In this document: piece after piece, positions 29,588-38,882 of the stretch
Layout of the letters: each line of letters opens with the position of its first letter
Numbering within the stretch: position 1 is the first letter of the stretch
Assembly (NCBI GenBank): GCA_937908275.1
Contig: CALERA010000017.1
Coordinates: forward strand, 1-51,446
Length of the DNA: 51,446 nucleotides
From: an uncultured Desulfarculaceae bacterium
Lineage (GTDB): Bacteria; Desulfobacterota; Desulfarculia; Desulfarculales; Desulfarculaceae
Direction of reading: 5' to 3'
The notes under the pieces: model-generated
What the model was told of the DNA's origin: nothing
The model's database searches: none
The model's input: the letters and a program-made list of their open reading frames with translations, nothing else
Program-made: the position numbers and the translations under genes

Positions 29588-31921
29588 TCAGGCCTCCGGG
29601 ACCTCCGGGGCGGGGGCGGCCTCGGCCTCGGCCAGGTCCGGCACCACCACCGTGAAGCGCGCCCCCTGTCCGGGCGTGCTGAAGCAGTCGATGGCCCCGC
29701 CGTGTTCGTCCACGATCTTCTGGCTGACCAACAGGCCCAGGCCGGTGCCCCGGCTGCCCTTGGTGGAGAAAAGCCCGGCAAAGAGGTGCCGCCGCACCTC
29801 GGGCGAGATGCCGGGGCCGTTGTCGCTGACGCTGATGGTCACCAGGCCGAAGCCGTCCCGGCCGCAGCGCAGCACCACCTCGGGCGCGGCCGGCGGGGTG
29901 GGGGCCTCGGCCAGGGCGTCCAGGGCGTTGCTCAACAGGTTCAGCACCACCCGCCGGATGCCGTGGGGGTCCAGCACCACCCGGGCGCAGGCCTGGTCGC
30001 TCTCCACCCGCACCGCCACCCCCAGCTCCTGGGAGCGCCCCGAGACCAGCCCGGCCACCTCCTCCAGCAGGCGGTTGAGGTCAAAGGGCTGGTACTGCGG
30101 CCGCCGGTCCTTGGCATAGGCCAAAAGGTCCTGGGACAGGCCGTTGACCTGGTCCAGGTTGTGCTTGACCATGCGCCAGCCCTGGCGGGTCAGCTCCAGG
30201 TCGCCGTCGCCCAGGCCCTGGTCCACCAGGTAGGCGGCGGTGCCCATGCCGTGCAGCAGGTTCTTGATGCAATGGGCCAGGCCGGCGGCGGTCTGACCCA
30301 CCGCGGCCAGGCGGGTCTGGCGGATGAGCTGGCCCTTGAGAGCCTTGGACTCGCGCAGGTTCTGCAAAAAGAGCATCGTGCCGCTGAAGCGGCCATTAAG
30401 GAACAAGGGCCGGGCCGAGAGCAGCACCGGCAGACGCTTGCCCGAGGCGGTCTTGACCACCCCTGGCCGCACGATGGCCTCGCCCCGGCGGGGGTTGTGG
30501 AAGATGTTCTTGTTCAGCACCCGCACCAGGGCCCGGGGGAAGAAATCGCTGTAGTGGCGCAGGCCCACCACCCCGGCCGAGGGCGCCTCCAGCAGGGTCT
30601 CGGCGCTTTCGTTGAAGACCTGGATCAGGCCCTGGTCGTCGGTGGCGATGATGGCGTTCAAGGCCTGGTGGATCAGGCCCTGCTCGAAGGCCCGCCGCCG
30701 GGCCAGCTCTTCCTCCAGGGCGCGCCGGAGGGTGATGTCGCGCAGGTTGGCCAGCACCACTCGCTGGCCCTTGTCGTCCTCCAGGCGGCGGAAGCGCCCC
30801 TCCAGGACCCTGACCTCGCCCTCGGCCGCCAGCACCTGGAAACTCAGGCTGCGGCTGGTCTCCTCCAGGCTCAGGGCGCGGTACATGGCCTCCAGCACCG
30901 GCGAGCGGTCCTCAGCCGCCACCAGCTCGGCAAAGGCCGCGTCTTCCAGTTGGTCGGCGGCCCGGCCCAGGATGCGCCCGGCCTCGGGGTTGGCCACCCG
31001 CACCCGGCCCTGGGCGTCGATCACCAGCACCGCGTCGGTGGAGTTGTGCACCAGTTGGCCGTAGCGCTGGTCCTTGAGCCGGGAGCGGCGGGCCACTTCC
31101 TTGGCCATGCGGTTGAAGGCCTCGGCCGCCTGCCCCAGCTCGTCCGGGGCGCTGACCGGCACCACCTCGCCGTGCTCGCCAATGGCCACCTTGTCCACCT
31201 CGCCCACCAGGCGCTTGACCGAGCGGTTGACGGTGAGGATCACGGCCAGGCCGATGATGGTGGAGACGGCCAGGAACAGGCCCACGCCAAAGGCCAGGGT
31301 CTGCCAGAACTGCCGGGTCTGGCGGCGGTCCAGGTCGTCCAGGCGGTAGGCCACGTCCAGCACCCCCAGGACCTTTTGCTGGGGCGGATGGGCGTGGCAG
31401 GGCGGGCCGGAGCAGCCGGGCTCGTTGTAGATGGGCAGGATGGTGGCCATCAGGCGCTGGCCCGGGGCGGGGCGGAAGACCCGGGTGCGCTCGCCGCTGG
31501 GCAGGGCCTCCAGGGGGGCCTCCTGGGCGTGGCAGCCGTAGCAGGCCTCGGCCTGCTTGTCCACCTCCTGGCCCACCTCGCCGCCCTGGGAGGAGAACAT
31601 GATGCGGCCTTCCTTGTTGAAGACCCGCACCCGCTCGATATGGGCCTGCTGGGCCACGTCCTGCACGATGCGGTGCAGGCTGTCGCGCTCGTTGCGCAGC
31701 ATGGACCAGAAGGTGGCCCGGCGCACGGTCTCGGCGAAACCCTCCACGTCGCCCCGGGCCTGGGCCAGGGCCTGGGCGTGCTGTTGGCTGAGCTGGAGCC
31801 AGGAGGCGGCGGCCACGGCCAGGAAGATGATCAAGCCCACGGAAAAGGAGAGCTTGAAGCTCAGCGAGTGAAGCAAACGGGTGCCTATGCGAAGCAGCAG
31901 CGCGAACAAATTGTTTGCCAT
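29588..31921 (-). CDS. Sensor histidine kinase with periplasmic heme-c-type motifs, HAMP and two PAS domains
   Basis: Two TM segments, CYGCH and CSGPPCH, HAMP DELGQ..FNRM, H-box AHCIKN, NLLSNA, DNGPGI and GTGLGL. The start codon is uncertain. Confidence 0.9.
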   Translation of the reverse strand: MANNLFALLLRIGTRLLHSLSFKLSFSVGLIIFLAVAAASWLQLSQQHAQALAQARGDVEGFAETVRRATFWSMLRNERDSLHRIVQDVAQQAHIERVRVFNKEGRIMFSSQGGEVGQEVDKQAEACYGCHAQEAPLEALPSGERTRVFRPAPGQRLMATILPIYNEPGCSGPPCHAHPPQQKVLGVLDVAYRLDDLDRRQTRQFWQTLAFGVGLFLAVSTIIGLAVILTVNRSVKRLVGEVDKVAIGEHGEVVPVSAPDELGQAAEAFNRMAKEVARRSRLKDQRYGQLVHNSTDAVLVIDAQGRVRVANPEAGRILGRAADQLEDAAFAELVAAEDRSPVLEAMYRALSLEETSRSLSFQVLAAEGEVRVLEGRFRRLEDDKGQRVVLANLRDITLRRALEEELARRRAFEQGLIHQALNAIIATDDQGLIQVFNESAETLLEAPSAGVVGLRHYSDFFPRALVRVLNKNIFHNPRRGEAIVRPGVVKTASGKRLPVLLSARPLFLNGRFSGTMLFLQNLRESKALKGQLIRQTRLAAVGQTAAGLAHCIKNLLHGMGTAAYLVDQGLGDGDLELTRQGWRMVKHNLDQVNGLSQDLLAYAKDRRPQYQPFDLNRLLEEVAGLVSGRSQELGVAVRVESDQACARVVLDPHGIRRVVLNLLSNALDALAEAPTPPAAPEVVLRCGRDGFGLVTISVSDNGPGISPEVRRHLFAGLFSTKGSRGTGLGLLVSQKIVDEHGGAIDCFSTPGQGARFTVVVPDLAEAEAAPAPEVPEA

Positions 31922-32134
31922 CACGGTTGGAGGGGGCGCGGCGTTTTTGGGGGCAGAACGCCGTGCCAAGGTTCACAAAGTATAGCAGGCACACCCCTGG
32001 GGGAGCAGGTTTTTCTTGCCAGAATTCGGCCAGAAGGGCAAGATGCAGCAACCGTGACGCGAGATGGGCCGGCAGTTGTGCCGAACCGCACAACTGGCTG
32101 TCGAATTTTGTGCAACCATGATATGCTTCCGCCC

Positions 32135-32608
32135 ATGAATGAAACCCAGCCACAGATGCATGAAGAGGGACTGGTGCGCTCCCTCCATGGCCACTTGGCC
32201 AAGGTGGAGATGCTCGAGTCCGACGCCTGCCAGCATTGCGCGGCCCATGGCGCCTGCCAGTTCCTGGGGGGCGACAAGGTCCGGGCCGTGGCGGCCGAGA
32301 ACGAGATCGGGGCCCAGGTGGGCGACCGGGTGTTGCTGGCCGCTCCGCGCCGGGGGGTGTTGGGGGCCGGCTTCCTGGTCTACATGGTGCCGGTGCTGGC
32401 CCTGATCATCGGCGCGGCGGTGGGCCAGAAGATGGGTCCGGGCTGGGGCCTATCCACCCAAAACGGGGCGGTGCTGACCGGGCTGGGCAGCCTGGCGGCG
32501 ACGTGGCTCGTGTTGCGGCAGGTGTCCCGTAAACTGGGGCAAAAGAGCTCCTTCAAGGTCAGAATCGTGCGCGTGGTGCGGAAGGGAGACTCCAATGCTG
32601 TGGACTAA
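32135..32608 (+). CDS. RseC/MucC family protein
   Basis: EEGLV, ACQHC..GAC, GAQVGDRV, VYMVP and two TM segments. The start may be 32156. Confidence 0.85.
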   Translation: MNETQPQMHEEGLVRSLHGHLAKVEMLESDACQHCAAHGACQFLGGDKVRAVAAENEIGAQVGDRVLLAAPRRGVLGAGFLVYMVPVLALIIGAAVGQKMGPGWGLSTQNGAVLTGLGSLAATWLVLRQVSRKLGQKSSFKVRIVRVVRKGDSNAVD

Positions 32609-33062
32609 TGTGCTGCTGGCCTATGACTGCTCGCCGGCCGGCCTGCGGGCGGTGGAATACGTGGGCCAGATGTTCGGCCAGGTGGAAAACGTCAAGGTCA
32701 CCATCATGTCCATCTACGACAAGGTGCCTTCGGCGGACATGATCGACACCGTGTACACCAAGCAGGTCAAGGAGCGCATCAGCGTGCTGGAGCGCGACAA
32801 GGAGAAGGGCCGCCTGCTCCTGGAGGAGGCCAAGAAGCAGTTGGTGCGCATGGGCGTGGCCGAGGACCGGGTCGAGCTGGTCTACGTCGAGAAGAAGAAG
32901 AGCGTGCCCAAGCAGATCATCGACGAGGTCAAGAAGGGCGGCTACGGCACCGTGGTCCTGGGCCGGCGGGGCGAGAGCAACGTCAAGCACATGCTCTTTG
33001 GTTCGGTGGCCGGCTCGGTGGTGGGCAACCTCACCGGGGCCTCGGTGGTGGTGGTGGAGTAA
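32595..33062 (+). CDS. Universal stress protein
   Basis: Motifs LLAYDCS and VVLGRRG..LFGSV. Confidence 0.9.
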   Translation: MLWTNVLLAYDCSPAGLRAVEYVGQMFGQVENVKVTIMSIYDKVPSADMIDTVYTKQVKERISVLERDKEKGRLLLEEAKKQLVRMGVAEDRVELVYVEKKKSVPKQIIDEVKKGGYGTVVLGRRGESNVKHMLFGSVAGSVVGNLTGASVVVVE

Positions 33063-33089
33063 GTCTCCGCCAACCCAGCCATAATCCAT

Positions 33090-33135
33090 AAAAAAGCCAC
33101 GCGGCTCTCCCGGACGGGGGAGCCGCGTTGTCTTG
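33090..33135. terminator. Terminator between convergent genes
   Basis: An A-run followed by the stem acgcggctc...gagccgcgt. Confidence 0.6.
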
Positions 33136-33152
33136 CCCGGGGGCCTGGTGGG

Positions 33153-33635
33153 TCAGGCCGCGCGCCGGGCCTTGATCACCTGCAGGGAGGCCTCCACCGC
33201 CGCGCGGAAGGCCCGCGCCTGCACCCCCCGCTCGTCGGGATCGGCTCGCAGCAGTCCCAGGCTGGCCCAGACCGCGTCCTTGAAGTCGTGGAAATCGCGC
33301 GGTTCGCCCTCGGGGCCGTGGCGCAGCAACTCCTCCTCGTTGTGATAGACGATGTGGTCCTGCTTGACGTTGGCCCAGTGGGCCAGGGCGTAGGCCACGT
33401 CCCGCCACTCGTTGCCACCCCGCAGTTCCAGGGCGTAATGCTCGACCTGGGTCTCGCGCAGGCCCAGACCCACCACCGCCAGGTATTGGTTGGCCATGCG
33501 CAGGGCCAGCTTGCGGTAAAGGTCCAGCGGCACGTCCAGGCCGTCCTTGATCAACTCCAGACGCGGAGGCAGGCCCACCAACTCCACCACCTGCTTCAGG
33601 CTCAGCTCGCCGGTTTGGTTGCGATTTTCTTCCAT
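33153..33635 (-). CDS. Hypothetical protein (160 aa)
   Basis: AAGGAGG RBS and host-like codon use. No family recognised. Confidence 0.7.
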   Translation of the reverse strand: MEENRNQTGELSLKQVVELVGLPPRLELIKDGLDVPLDLYRKLALRMANQYLAVVGLGLRETQVEHYALELRGGNEWRDVAYALAHWANVKQDHIVYHNEEELLRHGPEGEPRDFHDFKDAVWASLGLLRADPDERGVQARAFRAAVEASLQVIKARRAA

Positions 33636-33735
33636 GGCCGCCTCCTTCCCAGGGTTGACTAAATCATAAGCATTTTCATGGCGGAGGCAAGCCGCGCCCG
33701 GGGCCCGCACCGTCCAGGTGGCGGAATTCGCGGCC

Positions 33736-33773
33736 AAAAGAAAGCCCGGCGACCCCGCAGGGCCGCCGGGCTT
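33736..33773 (-). terminator. Intrinsic terminator of the rnf-apbE operon
   Basis: Stem aagcccggcg/cgccgggctt with a T-rich tail on the minus strand. Confidence 0.65.
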
Positions 33774-33796
33774 GGCCCGGGCAGGCAGGGTGTCAA

Positions 33797-34807
33797 CTAG
33801 GCGCTGAAGCCGGGGCTCTCCAGGCGCTGCCCCTGCCGGGTCAGGATGAGGCCCTTGAGGCCCCGGCGCTGGAGATAGGCCTGGGCTTGGGGGGGGGCCA
33901 TCACGAAGCAGGCGGTGGAAAGAGCATCGGCCAGGGCGGCCTGGGGCGCGCGCACGCTCACCGAGACGTCGGTGCGCGGCGAGCGGCCGGCCTTGGGATC
34001 GATGATATGGAAGTAGAGGCGCTCCTGGTCGAAGTAGACCTCGTAGTTGCCGCTGGTGGCGATGGCGTCGCCCCGCAAGGGCACGATAACCTTGGCCTTC
34101 AGGGGATCTGCCGGGTCGGAGACGGCCACCCGCCAGGGCTGGCGCTCGTCGCGCTGGCCCAGGCTGGCGATGTCGCCGCCGGCGTTGATCAGGGCCCGGC
34201 TGACGCCGGTCTCGCGGATGGCGGCGATGCCCTGGTCGGCGATCCAGCCCTTGGCCAGACCGTCCAGGGTCACGCCCGCGCCCTCGGCGGTGAGTAGCAG
34301 GCCCTGGCCCTCGGCCTTGACCCCGCCGATGGCCTTCAGGGCCTGGCTGACCAGGGTCGGGGCCGGGGGACGGCCGGAGTCGGCGAAGCTCTGGCGGTAG
34401 ATGTCCACCAGGGGGGCCACGGTGATGTCAAAGGCGCCGTTGGTGTCCTGGTGGACCGACTGGGCCAGGTTCAGCACCCGGGCCAGCTCCGGGGTCAGCC
34501 GGCCGAGGTGACCCTCGGCGTTGAGCTGGGCCACCGGGCCGCCGGGACGATGGCGGTCGAAGATGGGGGTCAGGCCGCTCATGCGCTCGAAGGCCTGCTC
34601 CAGGGCCATCACCGCCCGGTCGGAGCTCTCGTCCACCACGGTCACCGCCACCACGGTGCCCATCAGCATCCGGGACTCCTGGACCACCTTGAGGCCCTGA
34701 CCCAGCGAGGCGCGGCCCAGGGCGGGGGAGACCAGGGGCAGGGTGGAAGCCAGGCCCAGGCTGCCGGCCAGCCGCAGGAAGGCGCGGCGATCGATTTTCT
34801 GAGGCAT
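33797..34807 (-). CDS. apbE: FAD:protein FMN transferase with a Tat-like signal
   Basis: Motifs RRAFL, MGT, GAFDITV, LAKG, NAGGD, ATSGNYE, HIIDP and ADALST. Confidence 0.93.
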   Translation of the reverse strand: MPQKIDRRAFLRLAGSLGLASTLPLVSPALGRASLGQGLKVVQESRMLMGTVVAVTVVDESSDRAVMALEQAFERMSGLTPIFDRHRPGGPVAQLNAEGHLGRLTPELARVLNLAQSVHQDTNGAFDITVAPLVDIYRQSFADSGRPPAPTLVSQALKAIGGVKAEGQGLLLTAEGAGVTLDGLAKGWIADQGIAAIRETGVSRALINAGGDIASLGQRDERQPWRVAVSDPADPLKAKVIVPLRGDAIATSGNYEVYFDQERLYFHIIDPKAGRSPRTDVSVSVRAPQAALADALSTACFVMAPPQAQAYLQRRGLKGLILTRQGQRLESPGFSA

Positions 34808-34820
34808 CTTCCTTCTCCCC

Positions 34821-36917
34821 TTACTTGCCGCAGGAGGCGCAAGCGATGGTGTCGGGTTGGCCCTGGCGGCGGTAGCAGACCAGGCCGCACTGCAGGCAGC
34901 GCTGGGATTCCTGGCGCGCCAGCTCCTCGGTCAGGCCCAGCTCCACCTCGTTGAAGTTCATGGCCCGCTCCGGCACGTGCAGCTCGGGCATCTTCACCCG
35001 CTGGCCCGGGGCCGGGGCGTTCTCGATCTTCTTCAGGGTGGTCACCTGCTTGGGGCTCTTGACCCAGTCGGGCGAGATGGACGGGTCCTGGCCGGCCAGG
35101 TGGAGGTGGATGGCCCGGGCCGCCTTGCGCCCCATGCCGATGGCCTGCACCACGGTGGCCGCGCCCAGCACGGTGTCGCCGCCGGCGAAGACGCCGGGGA
35201 TGTTGGTGCAGGTCACTTCCTCGTCGGCCTTGATGGTGGACCACTTGGTGCGCTCCACCTGCTGGCCGGCCTGGTCGCCGTCCAGGAAGGCCAATTCCGG
35301 GAACTGGCCGATGGCCGCGATGACGTTGTCCACCTCCAGGATGGTCTCCGAGCCCTTGACCGGCACCGGCCGTCGGCGTCCGCTGGCGTCGGGCTCGCCC
35401 AGCTCCATCTTCAGGAACTCCAGGCCGGTGAGCTTGCCGTCCTTGCCCACCAGGCGGGTGGGGGCGGCCAGGAAGTGGAACTTGACGCCCTCGTTCTCGG
35501 CCTCGAAGACCTCGATGTCGTTGGCCGGCATCTCGGAGCGGGAGCGGCGGTAGAGCACCGTGACTTCCTTGGCCCCCAAACGCCAGCAGGTGCGGGCGCA
35601 GTCGATGGCGGTGTTGCCGCCGCCGATGATGACCACCTTCTCGCCCACCGGGGTTTCCTTGTCCAGGCCGCGGTCGATGAGCATGGAGGTGCCGGGCAGC
35701 ACACCGTTGAGCTCCTCGCCGTCCACGCCCAGGTTGCGGCTGCCCCAGGCGCCCACCCCCAGGAAGATGGCCTCGAAGCCCTCCTGGCGCAGGCTCTCCA
35801 GGGTGAAGTCCTTGCCCATGGCCTGGTTGCAGCGGGCCTCGACCCCCAGCTCCAGGATGCCCTGGATCTCCCAATCCAGGGTGGCCTTGGGCAGGCGGTA
35901 CTCGGGGATGCCGTAGCGGGTCATGCCGCCCATCTTGGGCATGGCCTCGAAGATGGTGGGGCTGTAGCCCAGGCGGGCCAGGTAGTAGGCCGCGGTGAGA
36001 CCCGCGGGACCGCCACCCACGATGGCCACCTTGCGGCCATTCTGGGGCAGGCAGAAGGGCTGGATGTGCTGGCCGGTGCCCATCTCGTAGTCGGCCGCGA
36101 AGCGCTTGAGATGGTTGATGTTCACCGGGTCGCCCTCCAGGCCGCGGCGGCAGGCGCTCTCGCAGGGATGGGGGCAGACGCGGCCGCAGACCAGGGGCAG
36201 GGGGTTGTGCTCCTTGATGATGCTCACCGCCTCGGCGAAGCGGCCCTGGCCGATGGCCTTGATGTAGGCCGGGATGTCGATCTGGGCCGGGCAGGTGCTC
36301 TGGCAGGGGGCCAGGCAGTCCTTGAGCGAGTTGAAGCCCAGGATGCGGGCGGTGGTGTTGCTCAGGACGATGATGTCCTTGGGGCAGACCCGCTCGCAGG
36401 TGCCGCAGCCGGTGCAGAGCAGGGGGTCCACGTGGGGCAAGTTGTCCGGCCCGATGGTGATGGCCCCGAAGGGACAGGCCCGGGCGCAGGTGCCCAGACC
36501 CAGGCAGCCGATGTCGCAAACCTTGGGGCCGCCGGCCAGGAGCACCGCCGCCCGGCAGTCCGGCACGCCGTCATAGTTGAATTTGAGGTCGGCTTTTTCC
36601 CCCCCGTAGGTGCAGCCGGGGGTGGCCACCTGGGGTTCGCGGAAGCCGGCTTCCACGCCCAGGATGGTGGCCACCGCCGCGCCGACCTCGGGGCCGCCGC
36701 CCACGCAGATGTTGGGCGCGGCCTTGCCGCTGGCGATGGCCAGGGCCGCCGAGGAGCAACCCGCGAAACCGCAGCCGCCGCAGTTGGCCCCGGGCAGGGC
36801 CCCCTCGATGGCTTCCACCAACGGGTCGCGCTCCACGTAGAACACCTTGGCCGCCACGCCCAGGCCCAGCGCCGCCACCAGCCCCAGACCGCCCAGGGCG
36901 AGTCCTTCCACTAACAT
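34821..36917 (-). CDS. rnfB: RnfB fused to a GltD/NfnB-like FAD/NAD(P)H oxidoreductase
   Basis: RnfB part: LPGANCGGCGFAGC and a dicluster. Then APCQSTCP, CGRVCPHPCE, GGGPAG, YGIPEYRLP, GGGNTAID and RCLQC. Confidence 0.9.
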   Translation of the reverse strand: MLVEGLALGGLGLVAALGLGVAAKVFYVERDPLVEAIEGALPGANCGGCGFAGCSSAALAIASGKAAPNICVGGGPEVGAAVATILGVEAGFREPQVATPGCTYGGEKADLKFNYDGVPDCRAAVLLAGGPKVCDIGCLGLGTCARACPFGAITIGPDNLPHVDPLLCTGCGTCERVCPKDIIVLSNTTARILGFNSLKDCLAPCQSTCPAQIDIPAYIKAIGQGRFAEAVSIIKEHNPLPLVCGRVCPHPCESACRRGLEGDPVNINHLKRFAADYEMGTGQHIQPFCLPQNGRKVAIVGGGPAGLTAAYYLARLGYSPTIFEAMPKMGGMTRYGIPEYRLPKATLDWEIQGILELGVEARCNQAMGKDFTLESLRQEGFEAIFLGVGAWGSRNLGVDGEELNGVLPGTSMLIDRGLDKETPVGEKVVIIGGGNTAIDCARTCWRLGAKEVTVLYRRSRSEMPANDIEVFEAENEGVKFHFLAAPTRLVGKDGKLTGLEFLKMELGEPDASGRRRPVPVKGSETILEVDNVIAAIGQFPELAFLDGDQAGQQVERTKWSTIKADEEVTCTNIPGVFAGGDTVLGAATVVQAIGMGRKAARAIHLHLAGQDPSISPDWVKSPKQVTTLKKIENAPAPGQRVKMPELHVPERAMNFNEVELGLTEELARQESQRCLQCGLVCYRRQGQPDTIACASCGK

Positions 36918-37002
36918 ATCTTCGCTCTCCCCAGGGAAGCCGCTGCTTCCCCACCGAGAAGTTTTGCTCGACCGCTCGTCATCCTACGCTCCGTCCCGGG
37001 GC

Positions 37003-37590
37003 CTAGTGGCCCACCAGGCCGGCGAACCCGCTGAAGGCCAGGGACATGAACCCGGCCGTCACCAGGCCCAGGGCCGTGCCCTCGAAGACCTTGGGGATGC
37101 GGGCCAGGGCGAAGCGCTCGCGGATGCCGGCGAACAGGCACAGGGCCAGGCCGTAGCCCACCGCCGAGGCGAAGGAGAAGACCAGCATCTGGACGAAGTC
37201 GAACTCCTTCTGGATGTTGATGATGGCCACGCCGAGCACCGCGCAGTTGGTGGTGATCAGCGGCAGGTAGATGCCCAGGGCCCGGTAGAGGCCCGGCACC
37301 GTCTTCTGCATGATGATCTCCACCAGCTGCACCAGCGAGGCGATGACCAGGATGAAGAAGATGGTCTGGAGGTATTCGATGTTGAAGGGGATCAACACAT
37401 AGTACTGGACCAGCCAGGTGCAGGCGCCGGCCAGGGTGATGACGAAGACCACGGCCATGGACATGCCGGTGGCGGTGTCCATGCGCTTGCTCACGCCCAG
37501 GAAGGGGCAGTTGCCCAAGAACTGGGCCAGCAGGATGTTGTTGACCAACACCGCGCCGACAATGAAGAGCATGTAATCGCCGAAACTCAT
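37003..37590 (-). CDS. rnfA: Rnf subunit A
   Basis: Motifs NNILL.QFLGNCPFLG, LGIYLPLITTNCAVLG and F.GIRE. Confidence 0.95.
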   Translation of the reverse strand: MSFGDYMLFIVGAVLVNNILLAQFLGNCPFLGVSKRMDTATGMSMAVVFVITLAGACTWLVQYYVLIPFNIEYLQTIFFILVIASLVQLVEIIMQKTVPGLYRALGIYLPLITTNCAVLGVAIINIQKEFDFVQMLVFSFASAVGYGLALCLFAGIRERFALARIPKVFEGTALGLVTAGFMSLAFSGFAGLVGH

Positions 37591-37638
37591 CGCTATCTCC
37601 TTGCGCCCTCCGCCGGGGCGGGGGCGGATCGGTCGTCC

Positions 37639-38274
37639 TTAGGCCTGGGCCGCCGCCAGCCGGGCCGCCTCGAGCTTGCGCTTGGCCTGGCGGGCGCTGA
37701 TGGTGTTGATCGCCGCCAGCATCAGGCCCAGGCAGACGAAGGCTCCGGGGGCCTTGAGCAAGAAGCCCATGGGCTCGTAGCTGCTCCACATCACGTGGGC
37801 GCCGAAGAAGGCGCCCGCGCCGAAGATCTCGCGGATGGTGCCCAGGGCGAAAAGGCTGATGGCGAAGCCCAGGCCGATGCCCAGACCGTCGGCCCCGGAG
37901 GCCAGCACCCCGTTGCTGCTGGCGAAGGCCTCGGCCCGGCCCAGCGGGATGCAGTTGACCACGATCAGGGGGATGAAGATGCCGAGCTTGACGTACAGGG
38001 CGTAGAAGTAGGCCTGCATGGTCAACTCGACCACCACCACGAAGGTGGCCACCACCACGATGAAGGCGGCGATGCGCACCTTGCTGGGGATGATCTTGCG
38101 CAGGGCGCTGATCAGCATGTTGGAGCAGGCCAGCACGAAGGCGGTGGCCAGGCCCATGCCCAGGCCGTTCTCGGCGCTGGTGGTGACGGCCAGGGTGGGG
38201 CAGAGGCCCAACACCAGGCGGAAGGGAGGCAGCAGCTCCCAGAAGCCCTTGGTGAACTCTTTCATCAGTGACAT
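37639..38274 (-). CDS. rnfE: Rnf subunit E
   Basis: Motifs LGLCPTLAVT, IPLIVVNC and GRAEAFA. Confidence 0.95.
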   Translation of the reverse strand: MSLMKEFTKGFWELLPPFRLVLGLCPTLAVTTSAENGLGMGLATAFVLACSNMLISALRKIIPSKVRIAAFIVVVATFVVVVELTMQAYFYALYVKLGIFIPLIVVNCIPLGRAEAFASSNGVLASGADGLGIGLGFAISLFALGTIREIFGAGAFFGAHVMWSSYEPMGFLLKAPGAFVCLGLMLAAINTISARQAKRKLEAARLAAAQA

Positions 38275-38283
38275 GGCCGCCTC

Positions 38284-38859
38284 CTAATTAACCATCTTGT
38301 CGCGGTACTTGGCCAGGGTCTCCCGGGCGGCGTTGACCGCGGCCACCACGCCGTTGGTGGACAGGGTGGCCCCGGAAAGGGCCTGGATGTTGTCCTTGGT
38401 CAGGTCCTTGGAAAGGTCCTGGCCCCGGAAGGGCTCGGTGAAGCCGGATTCCAGGATGCGGGCGCCCAGGCCCGGGGTCTCGCTGTGGCTGACCACCGAG
38501 ATGCCGGTGAGCTTGTTGTCGTTGACGTCCACGCCCACCATCACGCCGATGGGGCCCTTGTAGCCCACCCCAGAGGCCTCGAAGGCCACCGCGTAGGTTT
38601 TGCCGTCCTTCTTGGCCGGGAAGACCACCAGGGAGACCGGGCGGCCGTACTTGTCGTTGCCCACCGGGAAGGAGACGCGGTCCTTGATGGGGTCGTTGTC
38701 ATAGCCGCTGAGCACCGAGTGCACCGCGGGCTCCTTGACGTTCTTGATCTTGGCGTACTCGATGGGGCCGGCGGTCAGATCCTTCACGTAGGCCAGCACA
38801 AAGCCGCTGATCCCGCAGATCAAGGCCAACACGACCACGAGTTTGGCGATTTCCTTCAT
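38284..38859 (-). CDS. rnfG: Rnf subunit G
   Basis: Motifs GYKGPI and HSETPGLG, plus the flavinylation motif SGAT. Confidence 0.93.
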   Translation of the reverse strand: MKEIAKLVVVLALICGISGFVLAYVKDLTAGPIEYAKIKNVKEPAVHSVLSGYDNDPIKDRVSFPVGNDKYGRPVSLVVFPAKKDGKTYAVAFEASGVGYKGPIGVMVGVDVNDNKLTGISVVSHSETPGLGARILESGFTEPFRGQDLSKDLTKDNIQALSGATLSTNGVVAAVNAARETLAKYRDKMVN

Positions 38860-38882
38860 TGCTCAACCTCCTTGGCCGGGCC

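Noticed and set aside
31953-31979. Sigma54 promoter (TGGCACG..TGC) or Rex box (..TTCACAA) upstream of the kinase
   Set aside because: The GG-GC spacing is one base too long for sigma54, and only half of the Rex palindrome matches.
29375-32134. 1077-aa plus-strand ORF 29375..32608
   Set aside because: It is an antisense shadow of the kinase. Only the last ~158 codons (RseC-like) look real.
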